A stretch of DNA of 64,000 bases from a virus (taxonomy: Duplodnaviria > Caudoviricetes), in IMG/VR virus record IMGVR_UViG_3300032224_000903, positions 1 through 64,000 of that record, one strand, 5' to 3'. Of this stretch, positions 7,857-16,989 are shown in pieces (position 1 is the first letter of the stretch; every line of letters starts with the position of its first letter). The notes under the pieces are model-generated. The model did not search any database, had not been told where the DNA came from, and saw nothing but the letters and a program-made list of their open reading frames with translations. The position numbers were made by a program, and so were the translations under genes.

Positions 7857-8990
7857 TTGTGTCCGTTAGTTATATTGGGATATGATTAAACCTGATTAGA
7901 TGTGTTTTGATTAATTCCTTTGTTGTTAAATGCGTATGTATTCCATTGATTTATAATTTGGTCTACAGATAAAGGGCTATATAATATTACATATATAAGC
8001 CAGTTTATACCTGAATCAGATTGTTCAATATCAGTCATTATACCACGATTATCGTATGTGACATTCATGTGTGTTGCTTTAACAATATCTTTTGCTGTAA
8101 TATTTTGTTCTGGTTTTAAATTTAATATTTTTCTTAAAGATGCAAGTCTTGAATAAATTTCTGTTGGTTCTTTTAGATATTGAATTTTATCAATTGGTAT
8201 TGATTTAAATTGGTTCCAATAATACTTAGCATCTCGTGGGTCCAAGCCTAAATCTAATAGTTTCTTTTGTACGTCAGGAAACCTTTTATTTGTTTCAGGT
8301 GACACATCAGATGATAATATATTACCACCTAATAAATTTTTAGCCCAATTGATAAAACTACCTTTATCATTGTAATTTAATTTAATATCGGTATTAATTC
8401 TTTCCTCAGGGTGAAAAGGTTTTATTTTAAATAATATGTGTTGAATTTCATGTATCAAAACACTTACAGCTGGGTATTTCGAGGCTATTGCAACATTTAC
8501 GTATATTACATTTGTGGTATTGCCAACCAATTTGTCATAACGTGAACCACTTTCAACCCACGCAATTTCCAATGCGTTTTCTTTCCACTCATATTCCAAT
8601 TTTAATTGACCTAATATGTTATTATATTTTTGGAAAATAGATTCAACATCTTTCATATTCATTTTCCAATTCGCAGCAAATTTGGCTTTTGTGGTTTTAT
8701 TGTTAATCCATTTTTTCCACCATTCTACAGCTTGTGCTAAAGCATTGTCATTATATTTGGCTTTTACTTTATTCCAAGTATCGGGGTCACCAACCAATTT
8801 TTTAGGTGTTATAGGTGCTCTATTATCGTGTTGATATGATGTTGTACCATTATATGTTCCAGATTGAACACCTGTTGATATTTGTTCTGAAATTAAACGT
8901 TTTAATTGACTTTCCGATATTTGAACTTTCATATTACTAATATAAATATAATCATTTATTTAATTGTGTCCGTTAGTTATATTGGGATAT
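7857..8990 (+). repeat. 27-bp perfect direct repeat (7857-7883 and 8964-8990) flanking an inverted gene
   Basis: TTGTGTCCGTTAGTTATATTGGGATAT twice. Confidence 0.9.
7886..8932 (-). CDS. Tagged zincin-like metallopeptidase
   Basis: MKVQISESQLKRLISEQ; LIHEIQH + downstream EPTEIYSRL third-ligand pattern. Confidence 0.65.
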   Translation of the reverse strand: MKVQISESQLKRLISEQISTGVQSGTYNGTTSYQHDNRAPITPKKLVGDPDTWNKVKAKYNDNALAQAVEWWKKWINNKTTKAKFAANWKMNMKDVESIFQKYNNILGQLKLEYEWKENALEIAWVESGSRYDKLVGNTTNVIYVNVAIASKYPAVSVLIHEIQHILFKIKPFHPEERINTDIKLNYNDKGSFINWAKNLLGGNILSSDVSPETNKRFPDVQKKLLDLGLDPRDAKYYWNQFKSIPIDKIQYLKEPTEIYSRLASLRKILNLKPEQNITAKDIVKATHMNVTYDNRGIMTDIEQSDSGINWLIYVILYSPLSVDQIINQWNTYAFNNKGINQNTSNQV

Positions 8991-9002
8991 TTATATGTGT
9001 AT

Positions 9003-10799
9003 ATGAAACTATTTGATATTATAACAGAGGAAACTATACGTGATGTTTCACTCGAAAAACAAAAATTAAAAAAATCAAATTTAGAGAGTAATCCTAAATT
9101 AAGTAATTTAAATTTTACCAATGTTCAATTTGGGTATAATGATGCAAATATACTACTTATAAAAAATTTTTCATGTAAAATCCATAAATGGGTTAGACCA
9201 GATTTTACAAGATATAGTGGAGTAATGCTTGGATCCGGATGTCCGATATGTAGTAAAGAAAGAATGATAAAATCCATGACTAAATCAGACGAGGAATTAA
9301 AAGATGATTTAATCAATAGTCCAAATATAAGAAATTTAACATTTGATAATGTACAATTTAAACGAACACAAGATTCTAAAAATAATACAAAAATAAAAGT
9401 AAGAAATTATTCTTGCTCTAAACATCCCGATTGGTTTAAGGATGAATGGGCGTATTATACTTCCGTTAGAATTGGTGAAATTGGTTGCCCAACGTGCAAT
9501 TACAAGGGTAAAAAAGGTAGTGGTAAAACTGACGAGCAATGGATAACGTGGTTTAAAGAAAAATTTCCTGAATGGGATTATGACATGGGACCTGTTAACT
9601 TTGGGACTACCGAGGATGGTAGTAAAAAAACTGTTAAAAATGTTTATTGTACAATACATAACCACTATTTCCCCGAAGAAGGTAGGGGAAATCTTAGTGT
9701 TTATAAACACGATGCAGGTCAAGGTTGTTGGGATTGTAGTCTTGAACGAGAAAAGGGAAATAAAAATGATGAAAAAAAATGGATAGATAGTCTTAGTAGA
9801 TATAAAAAATTATCTAAATTATATGACTTTTCTAAAAGTAATATCATATTTAAAAAACCATTAACTAACGGACCTGTTGTTACTAACATACATTGTAAAA
9901 AATGTAAGAACGATTTTAGTAAATCAATAAAAAATGCAGATATTACAACTGGCACTTTATATGCATCTACACAAGGTCGAACTAAATGTCCAACATGTAT
10001 AAAAAATAATAATATTAAATTTTGGTCTACTTTTCAAAAAGAATGGTTAAGAACAGTTAAATCAATACATTTAAACGATAAAGGTAAACCAAAATTTAAT
10101 TATGATAGAGTTGATTTTAACAATCCCGATACATTAGAAAGAAAGTATGACCCGATAACTGGTGCAATAATACAAAGTACAAGGCGATTTGAAATTGGAT
10201 GTCCTGAACACGGGTATTTTATTCAAAGAGCAATCGAACATAAAAAGGGAGCAGGTTGTCCTGCTTGTAATGAATCAAAAGGTGAAGAATATTTAAGAAA
10301 TTTATTTTTATCCGAAAAAATAAAATTTGTGAGAGGAACAGAGGCAACATTTGAAGATTTAAAGGGAAAAACAAAACTTAATTTACAATGTGATTTTGTT
10401 TTAAATTTAAAAGATAAAAAAGTTATTGTTGAATATGATGGTATACAACATTTTGTACCAACCTTTGGGTCAACTGAAAGTACTAGAATGAAAAATTATA
10501 TCATCTCATATAGAAATGATGATATTAGAAATAATTTTGCCAAAACAAATAGTGACGGTATTTCCTTAATTCGTATTCCCTATACCATGGAATTTGCTGA
10601 TATTGATAAAGTATTAATTAGAACATTAAGATATATTAAACCAAATACCGTTGTTGAATTAGGTGATTACCCAAAAAGAATGAAACCTAAACCAATATTA
10701 GCAAAAAATCAGGTTGATTTAAGTCAAAGAATTCAAAAACCAAATAGAACTGGACCCAAATTATCATTAATGAATACATTAAAACAAATTGATGTATGA
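9003..10799 (+). CDS. Tagged Zn-repeat (DUF723/Hef-like) PD-(D/E)XK endonuclease, 5 repeats
   Basis: Repeats C-x2-H/C...GCPxC; ESKGE linker; CDF...VEYDGIQHF nuclease motif; ATG 9003 after TATTTATA 8988. Confidence 0.75.
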   Translation: MKLFDIITEETIRDVSLEKQKLKKSNLESNPKLSNLNFTNVQFGYNDANILLIKNFSCKIHKWVRPDFTRYSGVMLGSGCPICSKERMIKSMTKSDEELKDDLINSPNIRNLTFDNVQFKRTQDSKNNTKIKVRNYSCSKHPDWFKDEWAYYTSVRIGEIGCPTCNYKGKKGSGKTDEQWITWFKEKFPEWDYDMGPVNFGTTEDGSKKTVKNVYCTIHNHYFPEEGRGNLSVYKHDAGQGCWDCSLEREKGNKNDEKKWIDSLSRYKKLSKLYDFSKSNIIFKKPLTNGPVVTNIHCKKCKNDFSKSIKNADITTGTLYASTQGRTKCPTCIKNNNIKFWSTFQKEWLRTVKSIHLNDKGKPKFNYDRVDFNNPDTLERKYDPITGAIIQSTRRFEIGCPEHGYFIQRAIEHKKGAGCPACNESKGEEYLRNLFLSEKIKFVRGTEATFEDLKGKTKLNLQCDFVLNLKDKKVIVEYDGIQHFVPTFGSTESTRMKNYIISYRNDDIRNNFAKTNSDGISLIRIPYTMEFADIDKVLIRTLRYIKPNTVVELGDYPKRMKPKPILAKNQVDLSQRIQKPNRTGPKLSLMNTLKQIDV

Positions 10800-12262
10800 A
10801 ATTAATTGATATTATACCCAAAGATATGGAGCTTGATGAGGTTGGTTCACAAAAAACCGATCAAGAGTATTTTAAATCATTAAGTAAACAATACCCAAAT
10901 TGGGATTATAGTAATGCGGAAATTTATAGAAACACAAAAAATGAAAAATGTATTAAAAATGTTAAATGTAAAATACATAATGAGTTTTTCCCAAATTTAG
11001 ATACCATACAAGACGGACTTCCATTAACTAAACACATTACAAGAGGAAGAGGATGTAAAAAATGTGGATATGAAAAATTGAGTAATCAACGTAAAAAAAA
11101 TCCCAAAGAATGGATAAAAGATTTATCTAAGATTAAAAAATTTAAAAATACCGTAGATTTCAGCAATATAAAAATTGATTATACTAATCCTGAATACCCA
11201 TTAATTAGTAATTTTAAATGTAAAATACATAATCGTTTTTTTAACGGAGCACGAGAAAATAGTAAGGGAATACTTGCTTATCAAATTGGTAATAAAGATA
11301 ATATTTGTCCCGATTGTTTGAGTAACTCACAACATTACCGTGTTGCAAAATCAAATGATGAATGGATCGAAGAATTTAAAAAAAATAAAAATAACAAAAA
11401 TTTTGATTTTACTAAAACTAAGGTTTGGACTTTATCGAATAATTATTCATATGCTTTTAATATTTCTTGTAATGTAAAAGATTCTAATGGTAAAAAACAT
11501 GGTATGTTTGGTGTAGAGGATAATAATGAACCAAATGAAGGAGGACTTTTAACAACATTTCTTAAAAACGGTAAGTATCAATGTCCAAAATGTGTCTTAG
11601 ACTATAAACAAAAAAAATTCATCGATAGTTCTAAAATTATACATGGGGACAAATATCTTTACGATAAAGTAGATTTTTCAGATCCAAATACAATGTCAAC
11701 CGGTAAAAGAAAAGTATTAATTGGATGTAAAGATCATGGTTATTTTTTTCAAAATACATCTAACCATTTGAGAGGTCAGGGTTGTCCCGTTTGTAGAGAA
11801 TCAAAAGGAGAAAACTATATTCATGGTTTATTAAAATCTAAATTTGATGGGAAGTATAAAATTGAAAGAGAGAAAAAATTTAGTGAGACGGGTAATTTAG
11901 AATTTGATTTTTTTATACCTGAATTAAAAGTTGTTATCGAATACGATGGGGAAGGTCATTTTTGGCCGATTTTTGGTAGTTCAGAATCCTCTAAACATTT
12001 ATCCTATAATAAGATCTTTAATAATGACAATATAAAAAATAATTGGATTAAAAGTAAAAATAAAAATTTAAATGGAGTTAAATTGATTAGAGTTCCATAC
12101 ACTATGGAATTTAATGAAATCGATAGACCGTTACTACGGGCCATAAAAAACGCACCTCCAAATCAGATTACGTATATTGGGGAATATCCAAGGAGACATA
12201 ACCGTAAGGAAGTTAAAAGTCAATTTAAATTGTCGTTAATTGATACGTTAAAAAATATTTAA
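10796..12262 (+). CDS. Tagged Zn-repeat PD-(D/E)XK endonuclease, 4 repeats
   Basis: GCKDHGYF..NHLRGQGCPVCRESKGE; FDFFIPELKVVIEYDGEGHF. Confidence 0.75.
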   Translation: MKLIDIIPKDMELDEVGSQKTDQEYFKSLSKQYPNWDYSNAEIYRNTKNEKCIKNVKCKIHNEFFPNLDTIQDGLPLTKHITRGRGCKKCGYEKLSNQRKKNPKEWIKDLSKIKKFKNTVDFSNIKIDYTNPEYPLISNFKCKIHNRFFNGARENSKGILAYQIGNKDNICPDCLSNSQHYRVAKSNDEWIEEFKKNKNNKNFDFTKTKVWTLSNNYSYAFNISCNVKDSNGKKHGMFGVEDNNEPNEGGLLTTFLKNGKYQCPKCVLDYKQKKFIDSSKIIHGDKYLYDKVDFSDPNTMSTGKRKVLIGCKDHGYFFQNTSNHLRGQGCPVCRESKGENYIHGLLKSKFDGKYKIEREKKFSETGNLEFDFFIPELKVVIEYDGEGHFWPIFGSSESSKHLSYNKIFNNDNIKNNWIKSKNKNLNGVKLIRVPYTMEFNEIDRPLLRAIKNAPPNQITYIGEYPRRHNRKEVKSQFKLSLIDTLKNI

Positions 12263-12274
12263 TATTTATAAGAT

Positions 12275-12772
12275 ATGAAAAAAGTTATTAAAATGACCGA
12301 GAGTCAACTTAAGAAAATGGTGGAGGACACCATTAAGGAACAAAACCCCATAAACGAACGTTATGAAGAATATAACGATGATTTCGAAGATGATGACCAT
12401 AATGAGTTAGATAATTTATTTACCGACAATTTTAATACCGAGGACGACTATGATGGAGAACCACTTAGAGGTGACGACGAGGGTTTCAGTAATAAAATGA
12501 GAGTTAATCAAATTCAAAAGAAAATTAAATTAGGTGACGTTAATATGGATAGTGGGCATTACATGGCTAAAGATTATAAAAAACATAGAGAGAACGAAAA
12601 AAGAAGATACATCGGTTTAGATCCATTAAGAAATGACACACAACCTGAACCGTATAGTCCTATACGAAATTCAGATATGCCGTTACACAAATACCTTGAG
12701 AAAAAGAAGATGAGCGATTTAGATGAGGACGAAGACATTGCAATATTAGATAATTTATTTACAAAAGATTAA
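12275..12772 (+). CDS. Tagged acidic hypothetical protein
   Basis: MKKVIKMTESQLKKMVEDTIKEQ; TATTTATA 12263. Confidence 0.8.
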   Translation: MKKVIKMTESQLKKMVEDTIKEQNPINERYEEYNDDFEDDDHNELDNLFTDNFNTEDDYDGEPLRGDDEGFSNKMRVNQIQKKIKLGDVNMDSGHYMAKDYKKHRENEKRRYIGLDPLRNDTQPEPYSPIRNSDMPLHKYLEKKKMSDLDEDEDIAILDNLFTKD

Positions 12773-12782
12773 AACAAAATAT

Positions 12783-12893
12783 ATGGGAACAGCAGCAAAA
12801 AAACCACGTGCTATGAGAAGTAGACGTTCAGGAGTTAAATCATTAAATTTAGTAAAAAAGAATTTAGAAATTCTAAAGAAACTTAAGGGGTAA
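12783..12893 (+). CDS. Small basic peptide, 36 aa (not in track)
   Basis: MGTAAKKPRAMRSRRSGVKSLNLVKKNLEILKKLKG*; TAATG overlap with next gene. Confidence 0.6.
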   Translation: MGTAAKKPRAMRSRRSGVKSLNLVKKNLEILKKLKG

Positions 12894-14350
12894 TGAAAAT
12901 CCTAATTTCAGAAATCCAATTAAGGAAAGTAATATTATTGGAACAACGACCTGATAATCTCATGCCGTTTCAAGCAGATAATCCTCATTATACTGGTAAA
13001 GTTGGAGGTGCAATGGAAATTTCACCTAATGATTTAATGAGGGGATCACAAAACGCAAAAAAGGATTTAGAACAAAATGGTCCTTTAGTAATGCTTGTAA
13101 GCTCATTAATGATACCTGGTGGTGCTTTTGCACAGGAATTGTTAGGTTTGTTCATGGGTGCGACAGAATATGCAAAGGGAAATAAAAAAACGGCGGCTTT
13201 CATATCTGTTTTATCTTTAATACCATTTGTATCTCAACTTAGAAAATTAACACCTACATTAAATAATTTAGGAAAAGAAGGAATTGCAACATTATCAAGT
13301 AAATTATCTGGCACAAATAAAATTCCATTAACCACAATTGAACATAAAGCGGTTAATGAGTTGTCATACAATATTGAACCGATTAAGAATAGTCTAACTA
13401 AAATTGAAGAAGCCGTTAAAAGTACAGTTGATTATAAAGGAAGATATATAAGAACTTATGGTAAAGTTAAGTTTCAAGATTTATTTAATAAGTTAATAAA
13501 AGGAGATATAAATAAACAACAATATATTGATGAATTAGTAGGTGGATTAGAAAATACATATAATAAAGTTAAATTTACCACAATATCAGGTGTAAAGTTT
13601 TCTGAGGTTGAAATGGAAGCAATTACAAATATTTCTAAAAATATACTAAATTCTGATGTTAACTTATATACAATTAAATTAATAATTAATGGTGTAGAAA
13701 AAGAAATACCAATTAAAATTGCTTCATATGTTCAAAAGGGAGAACCGGTTATATGGGACGCAGTTGCAGATAGAAAGGCGGGTCAAATATTAGTCAACTA
13801 TCAAAAAGTTAAATCTATGTCTTTAGAAAAATTAACTAATACCCTATCTCATGAATGTGCACATTTAAAAGATTTGTCATTTACCAGTAAAAAAATGACT
13901 GATCAATATGGTAAAATTATTAATACAATTGAAAAAAGTAAAAATGAAGTTCAAAATGCTTTAACTAAATACGGATCAACGTCTCCAGAATATCAACAAG
14001 CATATGCAAAATATTCAAAATATTTTACAAAATATCAGTATCATTATAGAGAAATGTTAGCAAACAATTCAAAAGTTTTACAATCATTATCAAGAAATGT
14101 AAGAGAATTAATTGGACAATTCGGTGTTCCCGAAACTCAAAAAATGGTAAGAACAATGAAAGACGGATTAAAAAAAGGAATACCACAAAATATTGATTAT
14201 TATTTAGGTAAATTGATTGGTAAAGATAATGCTGAATATATTAGACAAATAAGAGTTTATGATAAAAATTTATATCAAGATTTGCTTAAAAAATTATCAA
14301 AACAAATTGATTACATGGAGGAACAATTAAAATTATATCAACAAATTTAA
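12893..14350 (+). CDS. Tagged protein with PT-TG-like helix motif and HExxH peptidase domain
   Basis: MKILISEIQLRKVILLEQ; GATEYAKGNKKTAAFISVLSLIPFV; LSHECAHLKD. Confidence 0.65.
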   Translation: MKILISEIQLRKVILLEQRPDNLMPFQADNPHYTGKVGGAMEISPNDLMRGSQNAKKDLEQNGPLVMLVSSLMIPGGAFAQELLGLFMGATEYAKGNKKTAAFISVLSLIPFVSQLRKLTPTLNNLGKEGIATLSSKLSGTNKIPLTTIEHKAVNELSYNIEPIKNSLTKIEEAVKSTVDYKGRYIRTYGKVKFQDLFNKLIKGDINKQQYIDELVGGLENTYNKVKFTTISGVKFSEVEMEAITNISKNILNSDVNLYTIKLIINGVEKEIPIKIASYVQKGEPVIWDAVADRKAGQILVNYQKVKSMSLEKLTNTLSHECAHLKDLSFTSKKMTDQYGKIINTIEKSKNEVQNALTKYGSTSPEYQQAYAKYSKYFTKYQYHYREMLANNSKVLQSLSRNVRELIGQFGVPETQKMVRTMKDGLKKGIPQNIDYYLGKLIGKDNAEYIRQIRVYDKNLYQDLLKKLSKQIDYMEEQLKLYQQI

Positions 14351-14352
14351 TA

Positions 14353-16299
14353 ATGAAAATACTATTAAGTGAAGATCAATATAATAGATTAATGGATGAA
14401 GGTGGTCCGGTTAGAACTGACGAACAATGGTTGGATGAATTAAAACGTAAGTATCCTAATTGGGATTATAGTAATGCGATAATATACCATGATGGAGTAA
14501 GAAAAAAAATAAAAAATGTTTATTGTTCAATACACAATCATTTTTTTCCTGAAAAAGGTGGATCAAGTATAAATGTAAATGATCAGTTAAATAGAGGAGA
14601 TGGTTGTCGTGATTGTTCTAAAGAATCAAAAGTAGAAAAAATAAGTCAAAAACTTACAAAGAGTAAAGAACAATGGATACAAGACTTATCTAATATAGAA
14701 CATTTAAAAGATAAATGTGATTTTAGTAAATCAAAAATAACATATTCGGATTCTACGAAAAAAATACCAATAGTTAACCACATTTATTGTAAAATACATA
14801 AAAAATATTTTAATGGAATATCGGCATATCAAATTCCCAATCAAAAAGATATTTGTCCTGATTGTTCAAAAGATAATTTTTTTAATAAAAGAGCAACATC
14901 TTTCGAAGATTGGATTAAAAAATTTAAATCCAATAAACAAAATAAAAAATACAACTATAGTAAATCAGAAATTTGGTATGAAGATAAATTGGTTTGGGTA
15001 AACAACATATTTTGTAATGCTAAAGGACTTGATGGAGAAAAACATGGATTTTTTGCAAAGGATGGTGTTTTGGCTGTAGGACACGCAGAAGGACAAGGTC
15101 AATGTCCTAAATGTGTTTGTGAATCTAAAACAAAAAAATTCATTGAGGACGCCAAAATGGTACACAAAAACAAATATGTTTATGATAATGTAGATTTTTG
15201 TGACGATAGTACCATAATAAGAAAAGAAGGTTTAAATAGAATAACATCACATAGAAAAGTTTTAATTGGTTGTAAAAAACCAAATCATGGTTATTTTTTC
15301 CAATATGCGTCTGTCCATAAAAATGGAAGCGGATGTCCAATTTGTAGGGAATCTAAAGGAGAAAATCATATTAAAGAATTATTAACCGGATTAAATATAA
15401 AATTTTTAAGAGAAAAAAAGTTTACAGAATCGGGTAATCTTGAATTTGATTTTTATATTCCTAAATTAAAAACTCTTATTGAATACGATGGTGAACAACA
15501 CTTTTATCCCGTATTTGGGTCCTCAGATTATACAAGAAATTTTAATTACAATAAATTATTTACAAATGATAATTTAAAAAATAGTTTTATAAAAAGTAAT
15601 AAAGATGGTATTAAACTAATAAGAATTCCATATACGATGGAACTCGGTCAAATTGATGGATTATTATTAAAGGAGATAAAAAAGACAAAACCAAATCAAA
15701 TTAACTATATTGGTGATTACCCAAGAAGGCAAGGACGTAAGGAACCTAAAAGTCAATTTAAATTAAATGAAACTAAATTATCATTTGAGAATATTATTTT
15801 AGAAAAGTTAAGAGACATGGCTCCGTCTTTAATTTATCACCATACCACAGAGGAACGTGCTTTGAGTATCATGAATAGTAATATGTTAGTAGGATCAAAA
15901 CAATATGAAGAAGTTTTAAACTTGGACCCAACATTAAAACATTCCAAACATAAAATGATGGTTTCCTTTACTCGTGATAAGAACTTTGTACCTGATGCGT
16001 CTATTGGTAATTCTGGTGACGGTCCACGGATTAAACCAGATACGTTGAAGGTAATCTTTGTTGCGGATAGAAACCGTCTTAAAACACGTTATAGAGTGGT
16101 TCCTTTTGATTATGGTGAATTGGCTAACAAAGCATGGATGGATCCTGTTCCACGTACACATAAGAACCCTGAGGTTGAAGAAAGGGTATTGACGGATAGA
16201 ATATATCCACTTAGACAATACCTTACAAATATCATCTATACAGGTCAAGATCCTGAGATACAGAAAAAAATCGATGAATATCTATCAGGTATAAAATAA
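14353..16299 (+). CDS. Tagged Zn-repeat PD-(D/E)XK endonuclease fused to a C-terminal ART-like domain
   Basis: 4 Zn repeats; FDFYIPKLKTLIEYDGEQHF; after KLSFENIILE an extra ~160 aa with YHHT...VSFTR. Confidence 0.7.
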   Translation: MKILLSEDQYNRLMDEGGPVRTDEQWLDELKRKYPNWDYSNAIIYHDGVRKKIKNVYCSIHNHFFPEKGGSSINVNDQLNRGDGCRDCSKESKVEKISQKLTKSKEQWIQDLSNIEHLKDKCDFSKSKITYSDSTKKIPIVNHIYCKIHKKYFNGISAYQIPNQKDICPDCSKDNFFNKRATSFEDWIKKFKSNKQNKKYNYSKSEIWYEDKLVWVNNIFCNAKGLDGEKHGFFAKDGVLAVGHAEGQGQCPKCVCESKTKKFIEDAKMVHKNKYVYDNVDFCDDSTIIRKEGLNRITSHRKVLIGCKKPNHGYFFQYASVHKNGSGCPICRESKGENHIKELLTGLNIKFLREKKFTESGNLEFDFYIPKLKTLIEYDGEQHFYPVFGSSDYTRNFNYNKLFTNDNLKNSFIKSNKDGIKLIRIPYTMELGQIDGLLLKEIKKTKPNQINYIGDYPRRQGRKEPKSQFKLNETKLSFENIILEKLRDMAPSLIYHHTTEERALSIMNSNMLVGSKQYEEVLNLDPTLKHSKHKMMVSFTRDKNFVPDASIGNSGDGPRIKPDTLKVIFVADRNRLKTRYRVVPFDYGELANKAWMDPVPRTHKNPEVEERVLTDRIYPLRQYLTNIIYTGQDPEIQKKIDEYLSGIK

Positions 16300-16305
16300 A
16301 ATTTT

Positions 16306-16977
16306 ATGATAATCCATAGACCGGCACATACAAGATCAAACCCAAAGAAATCTTGGATTAATTCATATAGGACATTTAGTTTTCCTCCATACTTTGATCC
16401 GAAGTACATCAACTTTAGTTATCTACAAACAATTAATGACGATAGAGTTCAACCAAGAGGTCAAGTGGCAATGCACGAACATAAGAATATGGAAATATTC
16501 GGTTATGTTGTTGAGGGGGTTTGTAGACATACAGATAGTCACGGAAAGATATTAGACATACCAGCAGGTTCAGTTCAAAGAATGTCCTGTGGTTCAGGTA
16601 TAAGACATACAGAAGGAAATACAACCGACACACCAAATCGTTATTTACAATTATGGATTAGACCAAATGTAAAAGACACGGAACCAATACACGAGTGGTA
16701 TCAATTCACAAGGGAAGATAAGTTAAATAGGTTTTGTGATATAACAGAGAAATTACCCATAAAACAGGACGCAAGATTGTTATCGGGTATATTCACAGAA
16801 AACTTTAGTTTTGACCTTAATTCGTCTCGTAGGTACTATCTATACATAGTATCGGGAACTTCCACATTAAACGACATACCTTTAATTGAAGGAGATGGTT
16901 TAAGTTTTGAGGAAGAAAGTAAAATAAATATCACACCTAACGAAGAAACTGAAATCATTTTGTTTGATTTAGCATAA
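16306..16977 (+). CDS. Pirin family protein (YhhW-like)
   Basis: D.V.P....MHEHKNMEI..YV.EG...H.DS.G and GSGIRHTE motifs. Confidence 0.9.
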   Translation: MIIHRPAHTRSNPKKSWINSYRTFSFPPYFDPKYINFSYLQTINDDRVQPRGQVAMHEHKNMEIFGYVVEGVCRHTDSHGKILDIPAGSVQRMSCGSGIRHTEGNTTDTPNRYLQLWIRPNVKDTEPIHEWYQFTREDKLNRFCDITEKLPIKQDARLLSGIFTENFSFDLNSSRRYYLYIVSGTSTLNDIPLIEGDGLSFEEESKINITPNEETEIILFDLA

Positions 16978-16989
16978 TATTTATATCTA

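Noticed and set aside
9003-16299. Group I intron or intein context for the nucleases
   Set aside because: They are free-standing ORFs with no interrupted host gene, no intron core and no intein splice motifs
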